Source: Pelomyxa schiedti (lineage: Eukaryota; Protista; Evosea). Taken from it: DNA of 63,413 nucleotides. The notes beneath the pieces are model-generated. The model searched no databases, had not been told where the DNA came from, and worked only from the letters and a program-made list of their open reading frames with translations. Location: positions 1 to 63,413 of the forward strand of contig JAHLWZ010000192.1 of NCBI GenBank assembly GCA_020536535.1, read 5' to 3'. This document shows, in pieces, positions 58,251 to 63,413 of the stretch; position 1 is the first letter of the stretch; the number at the start of each line of letters is the position of its first letter. The position numbers and the translations under genes are program-made.

Positions 58251-61200
58251 ATGGACAACAAAACCACATCCTCCCCAAATGACGGCAATAGAGTACATGC
58301 CACCAGCCCGCCGATTTCCGTCCCATCATTGTCTCTCAGCAGCGACGCGGTGAAGCAGCAGCCGAACTTGCTTACGGTACTGCCGCATTCCGCGCGGCAC
58401 CGTCGGCACCGATCGCGCGACTCGCCCACGACGTCGTCGTCCTTGTCGGAGACGGGGTCGTCGCTGTGCTCGCAGTCGTCGTCGCCGCCGACGCACGCGG
58501 CGCTGGAGCCCGCGACGCAGGGCAACTTGCCCCCGTCGTCGCTGTCTTCGGCGACGACCAGGTCGCTGCCCCTGCAGTTGCACCACGGCCCGGCCACCGG
58601 GGGGACCGCGGTGACGTCACTGGTCCCGGCCCAGGGGTGGACCCTAGGCCCAGAGCTCTCGGCCGCCGTCGTCTCGTCGTCTTCGGCGTCCACGCCCTCG
58701 GCGCCGCTGTCGAAGCTGCCGTCGGCGGACCTGTATTATGGGTTGCGGAACGCCTCGCCGACCACAGGGACTGACAGGCCAAAGTCCCTGATGATACAGT
58801 CCACCAAAGTTGTAAGGGCACTTCTCGTGCAGCCCGGTTCCACCGGCGGCACAATGACCAGGACTGGAGTATGTGTCACATCAGATATCCGCACGAGGTC
58901 AGGCTCTGGCTCCGGCTCACCTTCGCCCTCACCCCCGTCTCCATCCCCGCCTCCCCCTCCTCCTCCTCTTCCTGGCCAGCCATTGGACTTGCAGACTCAT
59001 TTCCCTGCTGCTTCTTCTTCTGGGGTGCTGGATTCTTCTTCTTCGGACGGGAGAAGCTCGCCTTCCTTCAGGTCCCCTTCGCATACCCCCCAGACCCTCT
59101 CGCCGGCAACGTCCCCCGTCCTCGTGCCCAGCATCAACCCGGAGCAGCTCCGCCACCACGAGCACCGGCACAGCGACCACCGCCACGACCGCGAGCACCG
59201 GCGGGACCACCACGGGAGATCGCAGCACGAGAGGCACCACTCGGAGCACTATTCCCTGGAGAGCCACACCCCCGACCCGCCACCGACACCTGCACAGCAT
59301 GTGTATATATCTGCTGACAAGGACAGGTCCAGGAGACGGTCGGGGAGCCCGGATGGCAAGGACCCGCAGGACCACCCGCGCAACAAGTCGCACGAGCGGA
59401 AAAAGAGCAACTCTAGGCACGGCCACCAGGACTCCCCTCCCCTCTCGGAAAAGGACCCCAGTGGGCGAGTCGACTCGCCTTCCTCAGAAACTTCACCACC
59501 TCCCCCACCCACACCCAATGAAGATACAACGTCACCTCTGGAGACAGCACACGCAACCCAGTTCAAATCCGCATCACCCTCCAATCTCATCAGAACGAAC
59601 AAATCTGAACCTATTGACACACCAGGGGCTAAAAATGGACCTGCACACAGTCTCCCAATTGGCCCACTGAGCTCTTCTTTGCCAATAATTATGCCTCCAA
59701 GTCCTTCCTTCCCCCAAAACTTATTAGCCAGCAGTGCCAATTCAGTAGTGACCCATCAACCCACTCCCACCCCACGATGGGGGCCTAAAACTCCACGAGT
59801 TGGTCTTCGGCCGTCATCAGGTAGTTCTGACTCCATTCAAAGGCACAATAGAGCACTAGCAAGAAACACTATTCAACGACTGACATTCTCCCTAACCGTG
59901 TACAAGACAAGCTTATTAACGATTAAATGTAGCTATCTTCCTCTAACTTCAAACTCCTATCTCAATTTCTATAGTTATTTCTGGGATCAATATCAGAGGA
60001 CCAAAAGGAAAGCTTGTAAATGCTTTCTGTGTTGTCTCTGCAGTTGACCCGCAGGCCCCCTCCCCACCTCCCAGTGGCAAAAAAAATACGAATAAGACTG
60101 ATTGCCTTTCTGAAGATAACACATGGTATTTTCCACCTCTATGGCGCTTTCCCAATTTTTACCAACGATTTTTCTAGGGATGAGGAAATATCTTTGTATG
60201 GTTTGTCATAAGTGACTCTATCATTAAGTTTGAATCTGCAGGGAAATTCCACCAGCAGCGGAAACTGTGAAAATAGAGGTTAAAGGCCACCGTAAATTAC
60301 AGAAAGATGAACTAGTTGGTATAGTTGACATCCCAGTGTATCGACTGCATGACTTCCCGTATGAGAATATACTTTTAGTTATTAGTAATATTGTTTAGTA
60401 CACCTACTGTCATTCCTATACAACCTTGCAAAGATTCTAAAGCATCCGGAGAAATTGAGATTATCTGTAACTTTGTGACAGCTCTTGAACGCAATGAAGA
60501 TCTGCGGATAACGCGGCAGAATTATGATGCATTACATTCTGTAGGTTAAAATAAAGTGATGTTTTTTCTTACACAGCCAGATTTTGATAGATCCCAACCT
60601 TCTCATGATTACTCGACTCTGCACAGCACTTCAGAAAAAGTGCGATGATTCTATGGGAATTGCTATTGTTAGGCTATTCAATAAAGACAATCTAGCTTTA
60701 CCTCTTGTTGTTAACATGATTTCCGACGAAATTACTCGGAATGTTCACTGTACGGTGTAGCCTTCTCGTACCCTCCTCATTCCTTTTGCAGGTTCCAGCA
60801 CACTTCTACGAGGCGATACAGTTTCAACACGCCTCTGTGCATTTTATTGCAAATATATTGGCTACCAATACTTGATGAATACTATTGTACCGCATATCAA
60901 TTCTATTTTAGACGAGACCAATTGTTATGAAGTTGATCCTGCTCTTGCTAGGTATTGATACAGCTTGTGTTACTGTGCTAACATTTTTCCCCAGTCCTGA
61001 GGATAATTTGCAAGAAAACGCACTACACTTAGTTTCACTCTGTAGTGATATCGTCAATTCGATAATTTCTTCCGTGTCTGCCATTCCAAGGTTCAGAACT
61101 GCCCATACGATTACCTAACCAGTAACAGGAATATTAAAGTTGTCCTGTGCCAGCTTAGAAATTTTATGGAAGAAATTTCCCATCCAGAGTTGGCACCTGT

Positions 61201-61948
61201 TGTGACTGTAGCAATTTTTTTCCTCCGTTATATCACTCCCGCAAGTAAAATATCCCCTTCTCTTCTTAATCTAAATTTACTGTTGGTAGTTCTATTTCCT
61301 GAACAGAATTCCCTCACCGATCGTATTATTCTATAACTTTTGAATCACATTTATAAGTTATGTTTCAGGAGAGGTATCACCCGAAGCTCGGCGCATGCTG
61401 ATGCTGGTTACAAAAGTGATACAAGGCCTTGCAAATCCTTCCAGGCAGCAGTATGATAAAGTTAAGTGAAACCAAGCTTACACTTTAAGGGAGGAGGCAC
61501 ATGAACCAGCCATGGAACTCATTCTGCCACAAATAAAACATCTGCGACCAGCAATGGAGCAACTAATAACTGAATTAAGTGTAATATCCATCCCTACATC
61601 AGTTGCCTCTTGCACCTTACAGAACCCACATAGGCCTCTTCTTCCAGTGGTGGTCCGGATGAGCCTCATTCACACATCAGTGACGAGGACTACCCACTGT
61701 TCATGTCAATTGTATTAAGAAAAATCGCTGATAACAGAAAAGATTTAGAAACAGCCATCACCACACCACCGTTTCAAGATGAAACGGTAGCAGCCAAAAT
61801 AATGGTATAGTGCCCTTCTTCTCAATGGAAATAACCCCCACCAAGAAAGACTACGGAATTTTAAATTCTATTATCCTGGAGCAACAAAAGGTATGATCTT
61901 CTGCTGCTCGGCCTTATTCTTCCTTACAAATTGCAGATGTACTCCTAG
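58251..61948 (+). CDS. C2 domain plus RasGAP protein with a long disordered N-terminus
   Basis: C2-like YFWDQYQRTK...VGIVDIPV...SGEIEI; arginine finger TLLRGDTVSTRL, YEVDP, FFLRYITPA, RRMLMLVTKVIQGLAN, KEEAH. Confidence 0.9.
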
Positions 61949-62775
61949 AGCTCCCTAACACCACATACCACGTGTTGAATATTATAATACATTACAGTCT
62001 ATCATTTTCTTTTTTCATCTTGTCCTTCAGACCAAGAAAGATAATCTTGATTTGTCAATCACATAGAACAGAGGTTGCCCTGTTATTATACCATTGAGTT
62101 CCAGAGAGTGGAGCGAACGTGCAGTCACACGTGTCCTAAGTCTGGGGCTTTTGCAGCCTTTTTGCCTTAAGGCAATAAGGAACATTCGGTCTTTGGAACC
62201 AAACCTCTGCCCCTCCACATTAGGAACCCGCCCCAATGGTACCAATTTTTTGTTTACCTTGTTGGTTAAAACCCAAAACCAAACTGGTGACACACACCCA
62301 AGCACGAGAGAAAACAAGTTTCGTACAGGCTCAATCAAGGTAAGGAGGAAGAGCGGAGGGGTTTAACATTGATCCCACAATACAGGATTAGAGGCATGGT
62401 ATCGTGGGGAACAGCAGGCGCGGGGGTTGGGTCCTCTCTTGGTGTCTGGCATTGCTGATTCTATGCTGCTTGATATTCTGCTGTGCTGGTCACCGTGAGT
62501 CTGATGACCCACCTGATGGGTCCCCAGAAGATCCAGCTGTGCCTATGGGCCTTGCTTGAGGAATTTTGTACTCATTAGATACAGGAATTCCTTGAGAAAA
62601 TGGATTGTCTTTTGATTGTAGGTTGGTGCATCTATGAAGTCGTAGTCTAGACAGCCAAAAAAGTAACACTCAAACAGGAAAAATTCTCTGGGACTGGATT
62701 CGTAATTTGGGAAGTGTGGGCACAATAACAAAATACCTTTTGGAAAAGTACTAAATAAGTAGTGACTAAGCAGCA

Positions 62776-63413
62776 ATGGTGCTGGAGTATCAGAGGCACT
62801 TGGGTTTGGCATCCCCTCTGGCACTTGTTTCCTTTGGACTGGCTTCAGTTATGATCAGCGCGGCCAATGCGGAAATAATCAACAGGCAAACATCAGCAAG
62901 CTTCGTGATAGCATCCTCACTGTTCCTTGGCGGATTCAGCCAGTTGGTGGCTTCAGTGATGGAATTTGTCAAAGGAAACACACACAATGCGGTCACATTT
63001 GGAGTATTTGCTGGATTCTGGTTTGTCATTGGTGGGTTCCCTCTGATAGTGGCTGGTAAGGCTGTTTCTGAGGCTGTTGGTCCTGGAACAATGGCACTGT
63101 TCTTCTTGTGGTGGGCCATTCTCGCTGGTGGGCTTTATTTGGGGGTTGTCAGGCACAGTGTGGAGAAAAACTTTCTATGGCTGAGTATTGTAATTACATT
63201 CATTCTGCTGGCTGTCGCCTATCTGCTTTTCCAGATAAGGTACTGCCTCTCTCTTCTGCAAACCAATCCAAGTTTGACAATACAAAAGCTCAGTGAAAGC
63301 AGGAAGCGCTGTGCTTCAAGTGGCAGGGTACTTTGGTATTGTCTCAGGTTTATCTGCAATTTATGTTGGCTTTGCAGAAGTGAATGGGTGGCCTCAGCTT
63401 CAATGGTGGCCAA
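62776..63413 (+). CDS. GPR1/FUN34/YaaH (Ady2/SatP) acetate transporter family; runs off the window, upstream exons unresolved
   Basis: LGLASPLALVSFGLASVMIS...LFLGGFSQLVASVMEFVKGNTHNAVTFGVFAGFW matches the family pattern NPAPLGL..F / GG..Q..G..EF..GNTF..T.F..YG.FW. The ORF is absent from the track. Confidence 0.85.
   Translation, partial: MVLEYQRHLGLASPLALVSFGLASVMISAANAEIINRQTSASFVIASSLFLGGFSQLVASVMEFVKGNTHNAVTFGVFAGFWFVIGGFPLIVAGKAVSEAVGPGTMALFFLWWAILAGGLYLGVVRHSVEKNFLWLSIVITFILLAVAYLLFQIRYCLSLLQTNPSLTIQKLSESRKRCASSGRVLWYCLRFICNLCWLCRSEWVASASMVA

Overview
Gene-dense eukaryotic (protist) DNA. Most introns are short (about 40-150 bp) GT-AG, so the ORF track only catches exon fragments. The gene style resembles an amoebozoan, possibly an Archamoeba such as Pelomyxa; this is inference only. 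There are two 100-N scaffold gaps. About 24 spliced genes can be reconstructed: a bacterial-type M18 aminopeptidase, AGGF1-like, R3HCC1-like, PP2A B55, DCN1-like, UCH37, CRYZL1-like, kinesin-1, CYFIP/Sra1, a zf-4CXXC_R1 protein, RUVBL1, an ependymin-related protein, a MORN-RING protein, HACD, two tandem Rab11s, a family III CoA-transferase/AMACR-like enzyme, MAT1, CutC, cathepsin B, REI1/ZNF622, a C2-RasGAP, a SatP/Ady2 transporter and three hypothetical proteins. The most striking structure is in the M18 gene at 239-2438: an internal 607-bp segment (308-914) is cleanly inverted between AGT and ACT trinucleotides, while a slightly diverged second copy at 52078-52470 shows the uninverted, in-frame junction. 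Also notable are a perfect 34-bp palindrome abutting a 244-bp tandem repeat next to a decayed Ty3/gypsy pol, an unrecognised tandem ~58-aa protein repeat with a conserved intron position, a kinesin-1 tail with a WH2-like motif, and a CYFIP with added polyproline modules. All exon boundaries were read by eye and are approximate.
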